A program made the translations under genes and the position numbers. A DNA stretch of 64,000 nucleotides from Candidatus Obscuribacteraceae bacterium. GTDB taxonomy: Bacteria > Cyanobacteriota > Vampirovibrionia > Obscuribacterales > Obscuribacteraceae. The notes below the pieces were generated by a model. The model saw only the letters and a program-made list of their open reading frames with translations. It made no database searches and was not told the origin of the DNA. The stretch spans positions 576,001-640,000 of the forward strand of contig JBGASG010000002.1 in the NCBI GenBank assembly GCA_044229845.1, given 5' to 3'. This document shows, one piece after another, positions 49,481 through 60,757 of this stretch. Position 1 is the first letter of the stretch; the number at the start of each line of letters is the position of its first letter.

Positions 49481-52063
49481 TTATTTGACGCGACCGAGGG
49501 TCGGGCGGCGGCCGGTTTTGGTTGCACCGGTCACTTTTCTTTTGCCGTTTTTGCCGTTTCGTTCGCTTTGTTTGACTCTGGCGCTCGCTTTAGCGCTTGC
49601 CTTGCGGGTTGATGATGGCTTCTTGGTAGATCTTGCGGCGGTTTTGGATTTAGTAGCGGCACTCTTGACCGGCACCGTCTCTTTCCGTCCAGCTTTGGCG
49701 GTGGATTTCGGTTCGGCTTTCTTATCGGCTTTGCTGTCCGCTCTATTGAATGACAGTCTGAAGACCTCATCCAAGTGCGCGACCGGGATTAGCGTCAATT
49801 TTTCAGTGACGTATTGCGGGATGTCCTGCAAATCCTTTTCGTTGCCTTTTGGGAAAAGTACCGTGGTGACGCCGGCGCGCACTGCAGCCAGGACTTTTTC
49901 GCGCAGACCGCCGATGGAGAGCACGCGTCCGCGCAGGGTTACTTCGCCGGTCATGGCCAGACCCGGGCGCACAGCACGCTTGGCGAGCGCCGAGAAAAGC
50001 GCAACCGTAAGTGCAATACCAGCCGAGGGACCATCTTTGGGGATGGCGCCTTCCGGGATGTGTACGTGGATGTCGATGTGTTCCTGGAACGACGGGTCAA
50101 CGCCCAGACGGTCGGCGTGACTGCGTATATAGGTGAGCGCCGCCTGCGCCGATTCCTTCATGACGTCGCCGAGTTGTCCGGTCAACTGCAATTTGCCTTT
50201 GCCGGACATGATGTTGACTTCGATGGAGAGAATTTCGCCGCCGGTCTCGGTCCAGGCCAAGCCGTTGACGATGCCGATACGCGGACCGGGCCCGTGCACT
50301 TCTTCTTCGCGCAAAATCTTCGCCGGTCCCAGATACTTTGGCACCATAATCGGTACCATCTTCACGAGCGTGGAAGGTTCCATAACCACCTGGGTCGCCA
50401 CCTTGCGGCAGACGGTGGCTACTGCGCGTTCCAGCGAACGCACACCCGACTCGCGCGTGTACTCTTGAATGATCTTGCGAATCACATCTTTGGGCACCAC
50501 CAGCTGTTTCTCTTTCAGCCCGTGACGATCCATAGTCTTGGGAATGATGTGCTTCTCGGCAATCGCCACCTTCTCTTCTTCTGTATAACCGGAGAGACGA
50601 ATGATCTCCAGCCGGTCGTGCAGCGGTCGCGGAATATATTCCAGCGAGTTGGCGGTGGCGACGAAGAAAACTTCCTTCAACGAGAACGGTGCATCGACGT
50701 AGTGATCCACGAAATTATCGTTCTGATCCGGGTCGAGCACTTCCAACATGGCGGCGGTCGGATCGCCCATATAACTGCGGGTCATCTTCTCGATTTCATC
50801 GAGCAAAATAACCGGGTTGCGGGTGCCGGCTTGTTTGACAGCCTGCATGATGCGTCCCGGCATGGCACCAATATAGGTGCGGCGGTGTCCGCGAATTTCC
50901 GCTTCGTCGTTGACTCCACCAAGGCTGATGCGCACGAACTCACGGTTCATGGCGCGCGCAATTGATTTGACCAGACTGGTTTTGCCGACGCCGGGCGGAC
51001 CGACCAGGCACAAAATAGTCGCTTGCGGCTGCTTCGAAAGTTTCCGCACCGCCAGATATTCGATAATCCGCTCTTTGACCTTTTCCAGCCCGTGGTGATC
51101 GGCATCGAGAATTTCCTGCGAACGACGCAAGTCGAGAATATCGCGGGAACGCTTCGCCCAGGGCAGTGACACCAGCGTGTCCAGATAAGTGCGGATAACG
51201 GCTGCCTCAGCCGTTTGCGGCATCATTTTCTCGAGGCGGCTCAACTCTTTGTTGGCTTTCTCGAGCGCGATACCGGTGACTTTCGCTTTGGCGATCTTCT
51301 GCCTGTACTCAGCAATTTCGCCGACCGCTTCGCCTTCGGCATTCAGCTCTTCCTGAATGATTCGCATCTTCTCGCGCAAGTAATATTCGCGCTGCGTCTT
51401 CTCTAAATTGAAGCGGACGCGGTCGTGAATTTGCTGTTCGAGAAACGCCAGCTCCAACTCGCGTGAGAGCAGCGATCCTACGTATTCAAGGCGTTCGGCG
51501 CTGTTGATGATCTCGAGGCACCGCTGGCGCTCGGCAACATCAAGTCCAAGATACGTGGCGATGATGTCGGAGAGGCGCCCTGGTTGTCCGATTCCGGAGA
51601 CCGCCAGGAGCGACTCCGGATTGATCTTCTTGGTCGATTTGACGTACTGCTCGAATTTCTCCACCGTCAGGCGAATCAGAGTCTTGGTGTGGTTATCGTC
51701 GGGGACGACTTCGTCCTGTTCGATAACACTAGCCGTTAAGTGAGACTCGCCCTGGTAGAGCGCTTCCACACTGACACGACACGAACCTTCCACCAGCACC
51801 TTGACGGTGCCGTCCGGCAGCTTGAGCATCTGCATTACTTCAGCCAGCGTGCCGATGCGATAGACATCATCAGAGGTCGGCTCTTCCACGTCCGGATCGC
51901 GCTGGGCGACCAGCACGACCAGCTTGTCGTCCCGCAGCAGCGCCTGCTCGAGCGCCGAAATGGACTTGGCCCGGCTGACGAACAGCGGCGTCACCATCTG
52001 CGGAAATACCACCACGTCACGTAGCGGAATCAAAGGGAAAATGGTGTTGCTGATGTCCGCCAT
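49481..52063 (-). CDS. lon: ATP-dependent protease La (LonA) with basic C-terminal tail
   Basis: [37 protein letters not shown] catalytic Ser, GGLREK. Confidence 0.97.
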   Translation of the reverse strand: MADISNTIFPLIPLRDVVVFPQMVTPLFVSRAKSISALEQALLRDDKLVVLVAQRDPDVEEPTSDDVYRIGTLAEVMQMLKLPDGTVKVLVEGSCRVSVEALYQGESHLTASVIEQDEVVPDDNHTKTLIRLTVEKFEQYVKSTKKINPESLLAVSGIGQPGRLSDIIATYLGLDVAERQRCLEIINSAERLEYVGSLLSRELELAFLEQQIHDRVRFNLEKTQREYYLREKMRIIQEELNAEGEAVGEIAEYRQKIAKAKVTGIALEKANKELSRLEKMMPQTAEAAVIRTYLDTLVSLPWAKRSRDILDLRRSQEILDADHHGLEKVKERIIEYLAVRKLSKQPQATILCLVGPPGVGKTSLVKSIARAMNREFVRISLGGVNDEAEIRGHRRTYIGAMPGRIMQAVKQAGTRNPVILLDEIEKMTRSYMGDPTAAMLEVLDPDQNDNFVDHYVDAPFSLKEVFFVATANSLEYIPRPLHDRLEIIRLSGYTEEEKVAIAEKHIIPKTMDRHGLKEKQLVVPKDVIRKIIQEYTRESGVRSLERAVATVCRKVATQVVMEPSTLVKMVPIMVPKYLGPAKILREEEVHGPGPRIGIVNGLAWTETGGEILSIEVNIMSGKGKLQLTGQLGDVMKESAQAALTYIRSHADRLGVDPSFQEHIDIHVHIPEGAIPKDGPSAGIALTVALFSALAKRAVRPGLAMTGEVTLRGRVLSIGGLREKVLAAVRAGVTTVLFPKGNEKDLQDIPQYVTEKLTLIPVAHLDEVFRLSFNRADSKADKKAEPKSTAKAGRKETVPVKSAATKSKTAARSTKKPSSTRKASAKASARVKQSERNGKNGKRKVTGATKTGRRPTLGRVK

Positions 52064-52104
52064 GGCAGGAACAAACGCTGAATCAGTAATTGGTGGTCAG
52101 CTCC

Positions 52105-53400
52105 CTATGCGATCTCGCCCTTCAACTTGCCCGTGGGCAACTCGAGGAGTTCGGCCGTCGACCGTTTTTCGACCATCTCTTTATTGATGTGTACGGTCTT
52201 GATGTCTGAACGCGATGGCACTTCGTACATGATGTCGAGCATGATCTCTTCGACAATGGCGCGCAGTGCCCGGGCACCGGTTTTACGCTTGATGGCTTCC
52301 TCGGCGACTGCTTTGATGGCCGGCTCGTCGAATTTCAGTTCGACACCGTCCAGCGAGAGCAGTTGCTGGTACTGCTTGAGAATGGCGTTCTTCGGCTCGA
52401 CGAGAATACGCACCAGCGCATCGACATCGAGCGAATCGAGCACGGCAAGCACCGGCATACGACCGACGAATTCCGGAATCAAGCCGAACTTCAGAAGATC
52501 ATCCGGCACCACATCTTTGAGGATGCGGCTGGCGCGCTGGTCGCGCTCCCAGGCCGTCAGTGGTGCTTGCGATCCAAAACCGATGTTGCGGTTGCTGGAG
52601 ACGCGGCTTTCCACAATCTTGTCCAATCCGACGAAGGCACCACCGCAGATGAACAGGATGTTCTGCGTGTTGATCTGAATGAACTCCTGGTGCGGGTGCT
52701 TACGTCCGCCTTGCGGAGGAACGTTGGCAACCGTGCCCTCAATCATCTTGAGCAGCGCTTGTTGCACGCCTTCACCGGAGACATCGCGGGTGATCGAAGT
52801 GTTCTCCGATTTACGCGAGATCTTGTCGATTTCGTCGATGTAGATGATGCCGCGCTCGGCTTTCTTGATGTCGTAATCGGCAGCTTGATAGAGACGCAGC
52901 AAGATGTTTTCCACGTCTTCACCGACGTATCCCGCTTCTGTCAGCGTGGTGGCATCGGCGACGGCGAACGGCACATCGAGGAACTTCGCCAGCGTCTGCG
53001 CGAGCAGCGTTTTGCCGCAGCCCGTCGGTCCGATCAAAAGAATATTCGACTTTTGAATTTCGACTTGATCGGTCAGATCGCTGTTGTGGTTGATGCGCTT
53101 GTAGTGGTTGTAGACAGCCACTGAAAGCACTTTCTTGGGATCGGTTTGACCGATGATGTGCTGATCGAGGAAACCTTTGATTTCCTGCGGCTTCGGCACA
53201 TCGACCAGTTGCGGTACGCCAGACTCTTGAGGAGCCGCATTCGGACCGCCTTCAAACAGTTCTTCGTCGAGGATCTCATTACAGAGGTCGACGCATTCAT
53301 CGCATATGTAGACTCCAGGCCCAGCGATCAGCTTCTTCACCTGATCTTGGCTCTTTCCACAGAAGGAGCATTTGAGTCTGTTGTCGGATTGCTTAGGCAT
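52105..53400 (-). CDS. clpX: Clp protease ATP-binding subunit ClpX
   Basis: CSFCGK zinc-binding domain, [33 protein letters not shown]. Confidence 0.98.
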   Translation of the reverse strand: MPKQSDNRLKCSFCGKSQDQVKKLIAGPGVYICDECVDLCNEILDEELFEGGPNAAPQESGVPQLVDVPKPQEIKGFLDQHIIGQTDPKKVLSVAVYNHYKRINHNSDLTDQVEIQKSNILLIGPTGCGKTLLAQTLAKFLDVPFAVADATTLTEAGYVGEDVENILLRLYQAADYDIKKAERGIIYIDEIDKISRKSENTSITRDVSGEGVQQALLKMIEGTVANVPPQGGRKHPHQEFIQINTQNILFICGGAFVGLDKIVESRVSSNRNIGFGSQAPLTAWERDQRASRILKDVVPDDLLKFGLIPEFVGRMPVLAVLDSLDVDALVRILVEPKNAILKQYQQLLSLDGVELKFDEPAIKAVAEEAIKRKTGARALRAIVEEIMLDIMYEVPSRSDIKTVHINKEMVEKRSTAELLELPTGKLKGEIA

Positions 53401-53482
53401 GCGTTGTGTACCTTCCTATCTCGTCTTGAGAGCAGAGCAGACGTAATCTACCGCACGAGCGGTTCCGGTCCGTTTGTCCTTT

Positions 53483-54151
53483 CTAGACGGCAGCCATATG
53501 CGGCTGATCCAATTTGACGATCACCTCGTCGACGATTCCATATTCTTTCGCTTCTTGAGCGGTCATGATGTTGTCGCGGTCGGTGTCTTTCTCGATTTGT
53601 TTGACCGATTGACCCGTATGCGACGCCATCAGTTCGTTGAGTTCGCGCTTGATGCGAATGATTTCGCGAGCGGCGATTTCGATGTCGGTTGCTTGACCCT
53701 GCGCACCACCGAGCGGTTGGTGAATCAGAATGCGCGAGTGCGGCAGAGCCAGGCGCTTGCCTTTGGTGCCTGCGCAGAGCAGGAACGCACCCATTGAAGC
53801 AGCCTGCCCGAGACAGATGGTGGAGACTTCCGAGCGGATGTGCTGGATAGTGTCATAAATAGCCATGCCGGCGGTTACCGAGCCGCCCGGGCTGTTGATA
53901 TAAAGTCTGATGTCCTTTTCCGGGTCTTCGCCTTCCAGCAGGAGGAGCTGAGCGACCACCAGGTTGGCTACGGTGTCGTCAATTGGCATACCCAAAAATA
54001 CGATGCGCTCGCGCAGAAGACGCGAGAAGATGTCGAAAGCTCTTTCGCCCCGCGCCGTCGTTTCGATGACGGTCGGCGGGTAGTAAGCCTGGGGAGTCAT
54101 GCTCCAGATATCGTATATGTCTTGCATCGACGGACGTTTGTTATTGAACAT
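53483..54151 (-). CDS. clpP: Clp protease proteolytic subunit
   Basis: [27 protein letters not shown]. Confidence 0.97.
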   Translation of the reverse strand: MFNNKRPSMQDIYDIWSMTPQAYYPPTVIETTARGERAFDIFSRLLRERIVFLGMPIDDTVANLVVAQLLLLEGEDPEKDIRLYINSPGGSVTAGMAIYDTIQHIRSEVSTICLGQAASMGAFLLCAGTKGKRLALPHSRILIHQPLGGAQGQATDIEIAAREIIRIKRELNELMASHTGQSVKQIEKDTDRDNIMTAQEAKEYGIVDEVIVKLDQPHMAAV

Positions 54152-54269
54152 GGTGAGTTTTGTTTGTCTCCTACTGGTTTATTAGATATTAGATTCTAGT
54201 TAGTTTAAGGCAACGATACCCTGTTGTCAGATTTAGTCAAGGCTTGACACTTGGGAATCCTCGCCCCAT

Positions 54270-55715
54270 CTAGGCTCCAGCGGTCTCTGCCGTTTTCTCG
54301 GCGGATTCTTCGGACTCCTGTTTTTCCTTGTCGGCATCCTTCTTCTTGTCAGATTTCGGTTTAGCAGATCCAGCGCCTTTTTTGCCTTTATCCTGCCCTT
54401 CCTCTTCATCCGACTCAGGCACATAAGTGATCTGCGCGTGACTCAAAAGAAAGTCCACGACTTTGCGGGTTAGAGCTTCCTCCATCGACTGTCGTTTAAG
54501 CTCTTCAAAAAAGCGTCTCAACTCTTCGTTGTGGGCAAGTTGTTCTATTGGAACATTATACCTGGCAACCATCTCCATCAGATAAGGCCGCCATTCTTCG
54601 TCGGTTACGCTCATGTTCTCAGCACGCACAATGGCACCGAGAACCAGCGAGGTACGCACGCGATTCGTGGCTTCCTCGCGGATTTCCGCGTATTTATCCT
54701 TGTACTCATCCGTCTGTATATACTCGTCCCACTTCTTGCGCTGCTGCTCGATCATCCGCTTGTGGTGCTGAAGCAGGAGGTTCGACTCACGGTCAATCAT
54801 GCTGTCGGGGATGGCGACATCGGCCCGTTTGACGATCTCTTCCACCACGGCTTTTTGGGCACGGGCTTCGTTTTCCTGACGCAGCTCTTCTTCCATGCGC
54901 TGGTTGAGGGCTTTCTTCAATTCATCCAGTGATTCCTGTCCGACGCTCTTGGCCAGCTCATCGTCGATGTCCGGCATCTGGCGTTCGCGCAGCTCTTTGA
55001 GGTCGACTTTGAACTCGGCATCCTTGCCGGCCAGCTCGGTGTTGCGGTATTCGGTCGGGAATGTGGCTTTCACTTCGGTCTGCTGACCGGGTTCTTTGCC
55101 GATCAACGCTTCGCAGAAGCCCGGCAGGAAGTTGCCTTCTTTGACTTCCAGCAAGAGCCCTTCGGCTTTTCCGCCTTCGACCAGCTCGCCGTTGACGAAA
55201 CATTCGAAGTCGAGCAAGACGGTGTCGCCTTCTTTAATCGGGCGCGGGTCGACTTTCTTCAGGTCGGCTTTCGCTTCGGCGATGCTCTCGAGCGCCTTGG
55301 CTTCGGCTTCGGGGGGCATTTTGGCTTCTTCAGCGGTGGCGGCGACGCCTTTGTAGTCGCCCAGTTTGACTTCGGGACGCACTTCGAACGTGGCCAACAG
55401 CTTGAGAGGCTCACCCAGCTCGAAGTTCGGCGGGTCTATTTGAGGCTCGGTGATCACATCGAGCTTTTCTTCGTAAATGGCTTGCCCGAGAACCTCAGGA
55501 ACCAGGCGTTCAAGGGTTTCTCGCTTGATAAAGTCCACGCCGACCATCTTTTCGACGATGTTGCGAGGCGCCTTGCCCCGGCGGAATCCTGGGATGTTGA
55601 TGCGCTGGCTGAGTTGTTTGCAGGCCACTTCATAGGCCTTCACCGCGCGTTCAGACTCAACTTCGACGTTGAGCTTGACGATATTTGTGCCTTCTCGATC
55701 CAGCGTGACCTTCAT
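54270..55715 (-). CDS. tig: trigger factor
   Basis: IPGFRRGKAP, FKBP-like domain (FLPGF...TFPTEY...LAGK); position upstream of clpP-clpX. Confidence 0.96.
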   Translation of the reverse strand: MKVTLDREGTNIVKLNVEVESERAVKAYEVACKQLSQRINIPGFRRGKAPRNIVEKMVGVDFIKRETLERLVPEVLGQAIYEEKLDVITEPQIDPPNFELGEPLKLLATFEVRPEVKLGDYKGVAATAEEAKMPPEAEAKALESIAEAKADLKKVDPRPIKEGDTVLLDFECFVNGELVEGGKAEGLLLEVKEGNFLPGFCEALIGKEPGQQTEVKATFPTEYRNTELAGKDAEFKVDLKELRERQMPDIDDELAKSVGQESLDELKKALNQRMEEELRQENEARAQKAVVEEIVKRADVAIPDSMIDRESNLLLQHHKRMIEQQRKKWDEYIQTDEYKDKYAEIREEATNRVRTSLVLGAIVRAENMSVTDEEWRPYLMEMVARYNVPIEQLAHNEELRRFFEELKRQSMEEALTRKVVDFLLSHAQITYVPESDEEEGQDKGKKGAGSAKPKSDKKKDADKEKQESEESAEKTAETAGA

Positions 55716-56090
55716 GTCGAACATCCCTCTCCATGTGAGTTTTTGGTTTTTCGCGGGCGAGCCTGGCTATGAACTGCTTCCGCCGCTGGGCTCCCGGCGA
55801 GGCCTGATGCTTGGGGCATTGTGCTGCACGAGCCGCTTGTTTTGCCGCAAGCCGTGCGCTCCAGGCCGGAGGGGATTGTAGCACAAAAGGCTTGCAAAGC
55901 CGCATGTAGTCGGGCTTAGCGATGATTGAGCTGCGCCCGAAAGGGGCACGGATTCGTTGCCGGATTTGAAGTTGTGTGTAGCGCAGCCGTTGTTCGCCGT
56001 GTTCGCCGCGTTCCCGTCCGTCCGCCGGCGCATCCTTCGCGGCTGCTCAATGCATGGGCAAGCACCATCTGACAACCGGGAGCGATGATC

Positions 56091-56180
56091 TGTCAACTTA
56101 CCAGCCCTGTTTGTTGACAAAACCGGCGTGCGGAGGCGGGTTTGTCAACTTACCAGCCCTGTTTGTTGACAAAACCGGCG
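56091..56180. repeat. 38-bp direct repeat x2 (52-bp period), each copy with an internal inverted repeat
   Basis: tgtcaacttaccagccctgtttgttgacaaaaccggcg at 56091-56128 and 56143-56180. Confidence 0.9.
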
Positions 56181-56202
56181 CGCCGGAGGCTGAAGAACGG
56201 CT

Positions 56203-56718
56203 CTACGGCATCGGGAGCATGATCGGGCGCTGGTGGGCGATGATTGCCGCGATGATGAGCGCCAGGTTGATGGTCAAAAATATCCCGAGCAGGCTGGAGC
56301 CCAGCATCAGTTGCCAGGTCAAAAGCGCCTGCCGGGGATGAAACGTGGTGACGATGCCGAAGCGGTTGGCGACGTACATCAAAAGTGCCAGTCCGACCAG
56401 GACGTCGGCGGCGAGAACGACGTTGACGCGCAGGTTTTCCAGTTGCGGCACCAGCAAAGTGCCCAGTGCGATGGTGCAACAAATGAGCAGGGCGATGGCT
56501 GTGGCCTTATCGCTGTCACGGACCGCGACTTCGTTGTCGCGCGATACGCTGCTCACATAGCGCAGGGCAGCCAGACTGCTTCTCCAGCGCGAGCGGCGGT
56601 TGATGACTTGCTCGGCCGGCAGACGCAAGGTTTCGACCGTGCCACCGGCACCCTCGACGGCGGTCGATTTGCCTGCGGCTTCATCAGCGGGTTTCTTTGC
56701 CGCTTGATCGTCTGACAT
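56203..56718 (-). CDS. membrane protein of unknown function
   Basis: GGAGG RBS; three hydrophobic segments. Confidence 0.7.
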   Translation of the reverse strand: MSDDQAAKKPADEAAGKSTAVEGAGGTVETLRLPAEQVINRRSRWRSSLAALRYVSSVSRDNEVAVRDSDKATAIALLICCTIALGTLLVPQLENLRVNVVLAADVLVGLALLMYVANRFGIVTTFHPRQALLTWQLMLGSSLLGIFLTINLALIIAAIIAHQRPIMLPMP

Positions 56719-56990
56719 GTAAGCCTCCCAAAGACCGCTCTTGTGCGCCGCCGTACTGAGTATAGTCGAAACAAATCGCGCGAAAAGGTTTCGTCAGCTC
56801 CTTAATACCCAGCAGGCTAACTTCTCTAAGCTTATTCGGCGAAGATTTCTTATGGAATGTAATAAAACCGCGACGCCACCCCGCTGCCAAGGGTAGATAA
56901 GACGGACAGGGGCGGGCGCACCCGGACGGCGCCGCGATCGCCGATCAGTGTCGGATAATCAATCGGCGGGCACCACGTGCGGTATCACCC

Positions 56991-57572
56991 TCAGAGCGAT
57001 CCGGCGCTGCTTGTGCCATTGCCGGCGCCACCAAATTCGGCGGCAGCATCACGCAAAAACTGCTGCGCCTGCGCCGGATTCTTCAGTTGAAAAATGCGCA
57101 GGCGCGCACTTTCAGGCGATCGCAGCAATTCCTGATATTCACGTCGCCGTCGATGATAGGTCGTCAGCCCCCATAACAACACCGAGTCCCTGGTCATAAA
57201 GCTCATGCGCCACGATTCGCGGTTGCCTTTCCACAGTTCCTCTTGCGAGAAAGCGCGGCGCACCGTGCGCGAAAAGAGCCGCCACATGACCAGGTGAAAG
57301 TCGAAGTCCAGCCAGCACACGGCATCCGCGCGCTGCCAGACGAAGGGGCGCGCTTTGGAATAATTGCCGTCCACCACCCAGGCGGGCGCACTGGTGGCTT
57401 GATCGACCCGCGTGAGAAAGACATCGTCGGCAGCCTCGACCCAGTTCGGCTCCCAGTGCAGCGCATCCAGCTCGATGTGGGTGATGCCGCGCGCGGCCGC
57501 CAGCCGGCGTGCGAATGTGGTCTTGCCACTGCCGCTTGTACCAACTACAACGAATCGTCGCAGACTATCCAT
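56991..57572 (-). CDS. adenylate-kinase-like P-loop protein (topology modulation protein/FlaR family)
   Basis: GTSGSGKTT, ELDALHWEPNW, WVVDGNY. Confidence 0.85.
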   Translation of the reverse strand: MDSLRRFVVVGTSGSGKTTFARRLAAARGITHIELDALHWEPNWVEAADDVFLTRVDQATSAPAWVVDGNYSKARPFVWQRADAVCWLDFDFHLVMWRLFSRTVRRAFSQEELWKGNRESWRMSFMTRDSVLLWGLTTYHRRRREYQELLRSPESARLRIFQLKNPAQAQQFLRDAAAEFGGAGNGTSSAGSL

Positions 57573-57647
57573 TGAAGAAACGGCAGGCGCCCCTGGAAAC
57601 AACAACGCCGCGTTTCTCAAAAGAAGCCGCGGGCGCAGTGGAAAAAA

Positions 57648-57722
<75 letters not shown>

Positions 57723-57739
57723 AATAGTGGTGAGGAGTG

Positions 57740-57769
57740 ATTATAGCGCGCTATCAAATTAGCGTGCAA
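57740..57769 (-). promoter_or_regulatory. sigma70-type promoter for tRNA-Gly
   Basis: TTGCAC-18 nt-TATAAT on the minus strand just upstream of the tRNA. Confidence 0.7.
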
Positions 57770-57805
57770 CGTCCTGTTTAAGAAACGTCATTCCGGTCCG
57801 GTCGT

Positions 57806-58936
57806 TTATTGCACAACCTGAATAATCGGGGTTGTCGGCGCCACGATGCCTGCCGGTTGCACCGGCGAACCGGCGCCGTTGCCATTACCGTTACCGGTCT
57901 GGGATGCCTGCGCAGCTGCGGCAATCTGGGCAGCCGTCGTAGGCGCCGGAATCGAGAGATTCGACGACTTGACTTGCGGTCGGCGTGCCAGACGGTCTTC
58001 GACTTCGGAAAGCACCCGCACCACTTGATAGGCGTTATTGGCATCGGTGCGCGGGCGCTGCCCGGTGACGACGCAATTGAGGAAGTGCTCGCACTCCAGT
58101 TGCAGCGGCTCGGCATCCGAATAAGACGGATACTCGACCACCATGCCACCGGACTTGGTGAGGCTGTGCAGCGCCAGTTTGTTTTCGGATGCGGTGTCAT
58201 TCAAGACTGCCGTCTTCAAACTGCCGTTGACGGTGAGGCGCACCAGTTTTTGCGGATCGATCCAGCTGTTGCGCACTTGACCGGGCACGCGACGGGCACC
58301 GGCGATCGGGAACACCAGATCGAGGTAAGCCACATCGACCAGTGAGTCTATTTGTGTGTCCCAGCCGCCGACGCGATCCACTTCGGGATGTTCGCAATCG
58401 AGCAGGTAAGACATCATCGAAATATCGTGTGGTGCCAGATCCCAGAGCACGCTCCAGTCACGTCTGCCCGTGTTGAAGTTCATGCGATCTGATCTGATAA
58501 ATCGCAGCTCGCCCAGTTCGCCGTCGCGAATCAATTCTTTCAAGCAATTGACGGCAGGATGGTAGAGAAGCAAGTGACCGACCATCAAGATCAGTCCGCG
58601 CTCTGTTGCCAGTTTGTCCAGTTCTTCCGCGTGGCGGGTGTCCCGCGCCAACGGTTTCTCAACATAGACGTGTTTGCCGGCTAACAATGATTGTCTGCCG
58701 AGTTCGAAGTGGCTGTCGCTTGGTGACGCGATCACAACTGCTTTGATCGATTCATCCTTCAACACGCTTTCGAACTGATCGGTGATACGCACACCGGGGT
58801 GCTCGCGACGCACCACATCCAGGCGAGCCAGGTCAATGTCACATACGCAACCCAGTGCTCCCAAATGAGCAAAGTTGCGGACGAGATTTTTGCCCCAGTT
58901 GCCGAAACCTATTACTGCTACTTTTGCTGATTCCAA
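57806..58936 (-). CDS. Gfo/Idh/MocA family oxidoreductase
   Basis: GFGNWGKN, HVYVEKP, MVGH, DLAPHD; low-complexity tail; TTG start uncertain. Confidence 0.9.
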   Translation of the reverse strand: MESAKVAVIGFGNWGKNLVRNFAHLGALGCVCDIDLARLDVVRREHPGVRITDQFESVLKDESIKAVVIASPSDSHFELGRQSLLAGKHVYVEKPLARDTRHAEELDKLATERGLILMVGHLLLYHPAVNCLKELIRDGELGELRFIRSDRMNFNTGRRDWSVLWDLAPHDISMMSYLLDCEHPEVDRVGGWDTQIDSLVDVAYLDLVFPIAGARRVPGQVRNSWIDPQKLVRLTVNGSLKTAVLNDTASENKLALHSLTKSGGMVVEYPSYSDAEPLQLECEHFLNCVVTGQRPRTDANNAYQVVRVLSEVEDRLARRPQVKSSNLSIPAPTTAAQIAAAAQASQTGNGNGNGAGSPVQPAGIVAPTTPIIQVVQ

Positions 58937-59069
58937 TGCACAACTCCGCAACTCGGAAAGATTCGCGTGCAAATACGGCTGCAATAACAACAACCTTTGA
59001 GCCTATTCAAGCGCACAGATGTCTCTTTGAAATTTATCAAGATTAAGGTCGGACGAGACTTCGGCCGAT

Positions 59070-59351
59070 TTAACGTCGCTTGTTGACAGCTTCGCTAAAT
59101 TCTTTGCCAACTTTGAAACCCGGCACACGCTTGGCTGGGATTTCCAGAGGCTGATTGGTCTTGGGGTTTCTCCCCGTGCGGGCCTTGCGCTGGCGCACTT
59201 CGAATGTACCAAATCCAACAAGCGTTACTTTTTCGCCGGATGCAACACGTTTAACGATGGTTTCCATCATCTTATTAATGACGGTTTCGGCATCCTTTTT
59301 GGTGGTGCCGGCTTCCTTCGCAATAACGTCTACCAACTCAGCCTTGTTCAC
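59070..59351 (-). CDS. hup: HU family DNA-binding protein, canonical length
   Basis: NKAELV, LVGFGTF, RTGRNPKT, VPGFK. Confidence 0.95.
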   Translation of the reverse strand: MNKAELVDVIAKEAGTTKKDAETVINKMMETIVKRVASGEKVTLVGFGTFEVRQRKARTGRNPKTNQPLEIPAKRVPGFKVGKEFSEAVNKRR

Positions 59352-59566
59352 GCAGAAGTCCTCTTGTGTTGTGTGAAGTGGTACCAGGGACACCGGCGGA
59401 CAACAACTCGACATCGGTGTTTCGCCGAGCACTTTATAGACGAAGCTACGCGATGGCGATAGCAAAACCGGCTATATGCTTGCGATACACGATTTTGCCC
59501 ATGCTAGCATAAAGTGGATAGCTGGCAATGTTCACCTTCCTCTTTTCAGGCGAGAAATTACTAATC

Positions 59567-60748
59567 ATGCTTGCGCCACGCCAACCCATTGTTGCTTCGG
59601 TGAGGCGCGACGCGTGGGTCGAAATTGATCTTCTGGCACTGGAGAAAAACGTTGCCACCATCAAGAGCTGGTGTTCGCCGCACACCAAGTTGATGGCCGT
59701 CGTCAAAAGCGATGCTTACGGACACGGCGCTGTCGGCGTCGCGGAAGTACTCACCGCATCCGGTGCTTCATGGTTGGGCGTTGCATCGGTCGACGAAGGC
59801 TGCCAGCTGCGCGGCGCCGGTGTCACACAGCCGATCCTCTTGCTCAGTCCGGCGCCATCGTGGGCAATTACCACCGCGCTCGAAGCTGATCTGCAACTGA
59901 CGGTTTTGAATCGCTCGCAGATTGAAGACATTGTCAAAGAGGCGGCGCGGATAAACAAACCGGCCAACGTGCATTTAAAGGTCGACACCGGCATGCACAG
60001 GTTGGGGGCGCTGCCTGAAGATGTGCCTGACTTGCTGTCGACAATTGCGTCGGAGAAAGCGCTGCGGCTGGCCGGAATTTTCAGTCATCTAGCCAAAGCC
60101 GACGAAGCCGAATTCACCGGCAAGCAAAATGCGCAATTCCAGCGCCTGCTTGATATGGTGGCAAAGTCGGAAAGCCAGCCGCGGCTGGTGCACCTGGCAT
60201 CCGGTGATGCAACGCGGCGGTTTCCCGATACGCATTACGACATGGTGCGCGTCGGACTGTATTTATATGGATTAGAAGCGCGGGCAGTATCAGATGTGGT
60301 GACACCGGCCATGTCGGTGCGCGGGCGCATCAATCATTTGCAACACATAGAAACCGGTCAGTCGGTCGGTTACAACCTGACCTGGACGGCACAGCGACCA
60401 ACGCGCATCGCATCGATTCCGATCGGCTATGCCGACGGCGTCGACCGCGGACTGTCCAATAAGATGAAAGGGCTTTTGCTCGGACAGGAAGTAAAACAAA
60501 TCGGGCTGATCAGCATGGACCAGATGCTTTTCGACGTCACGGATGTTGCCGATGCCGATGAAGGTGACGTGATTACACTGATCGGGGAGGAGCACGCGCT
60601 GAAGTTTCGCGCGCGCGCCGGACACAAACAACTCTATCTGGCGGATTGGGCGGCCACGCTTGATACCATTACTTACGAACTGGCCTGTCGACTGCGCGCA
60701 CGCATGCCAAGAATGTACACGCGCTCGGTGCCGGCACACGAGGGCTAG
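59567..60748 (+). CDS. alr: alanine racemase
   Basis: AVVKSDAYGHG, KVDTGMHRLG, PIGYADG, ISMDQ, TITYE. Confidence 0.96.
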   Translation: MLAPRQPIVASVRRDAWVEIDLLALEKNVATIKSWCSPHTKLMAVVKSDAYGHGAVGVAEVLTASGASWLGVASVDEGCQLRGAGVTQPILLLSPAPSWAITTALEADLQLTVLNRSQIEDIVKEAARINKPANVHLKVDTGMHRLGALPEDVPDLLSTIASEKALRLAGIFSHLAKADEAEFTGKQNAQFQRLLDMVAKSESQPRLVHLASGDATRRFPDTHYDMVRVGLYLYGLEARAVSDVVTPAMSVRGRINHLQHIETGQSVGYNLTWTAQRPTRIASIPIGYADGVDRGLSNKMKGLLLGQEVKQIGLISMDQMLFDVTDVADADEGDVITLIGEEHALKFRARAGHKQLYLADWAATLDTITYELACRLRARMPRMYTRSVPAHEG

Positions 60749-60757
60749 CAAAAAAAC

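Noticed and set aside
56088..56190. CRISPR array (36-nt GTTT...AAAAC repeat-like unit)
   Set aside because: Only two copies; the 16-nt spacer is too short and resembles the sequence after copy 2, as expected for a tandem duplication; no cas genes in the window
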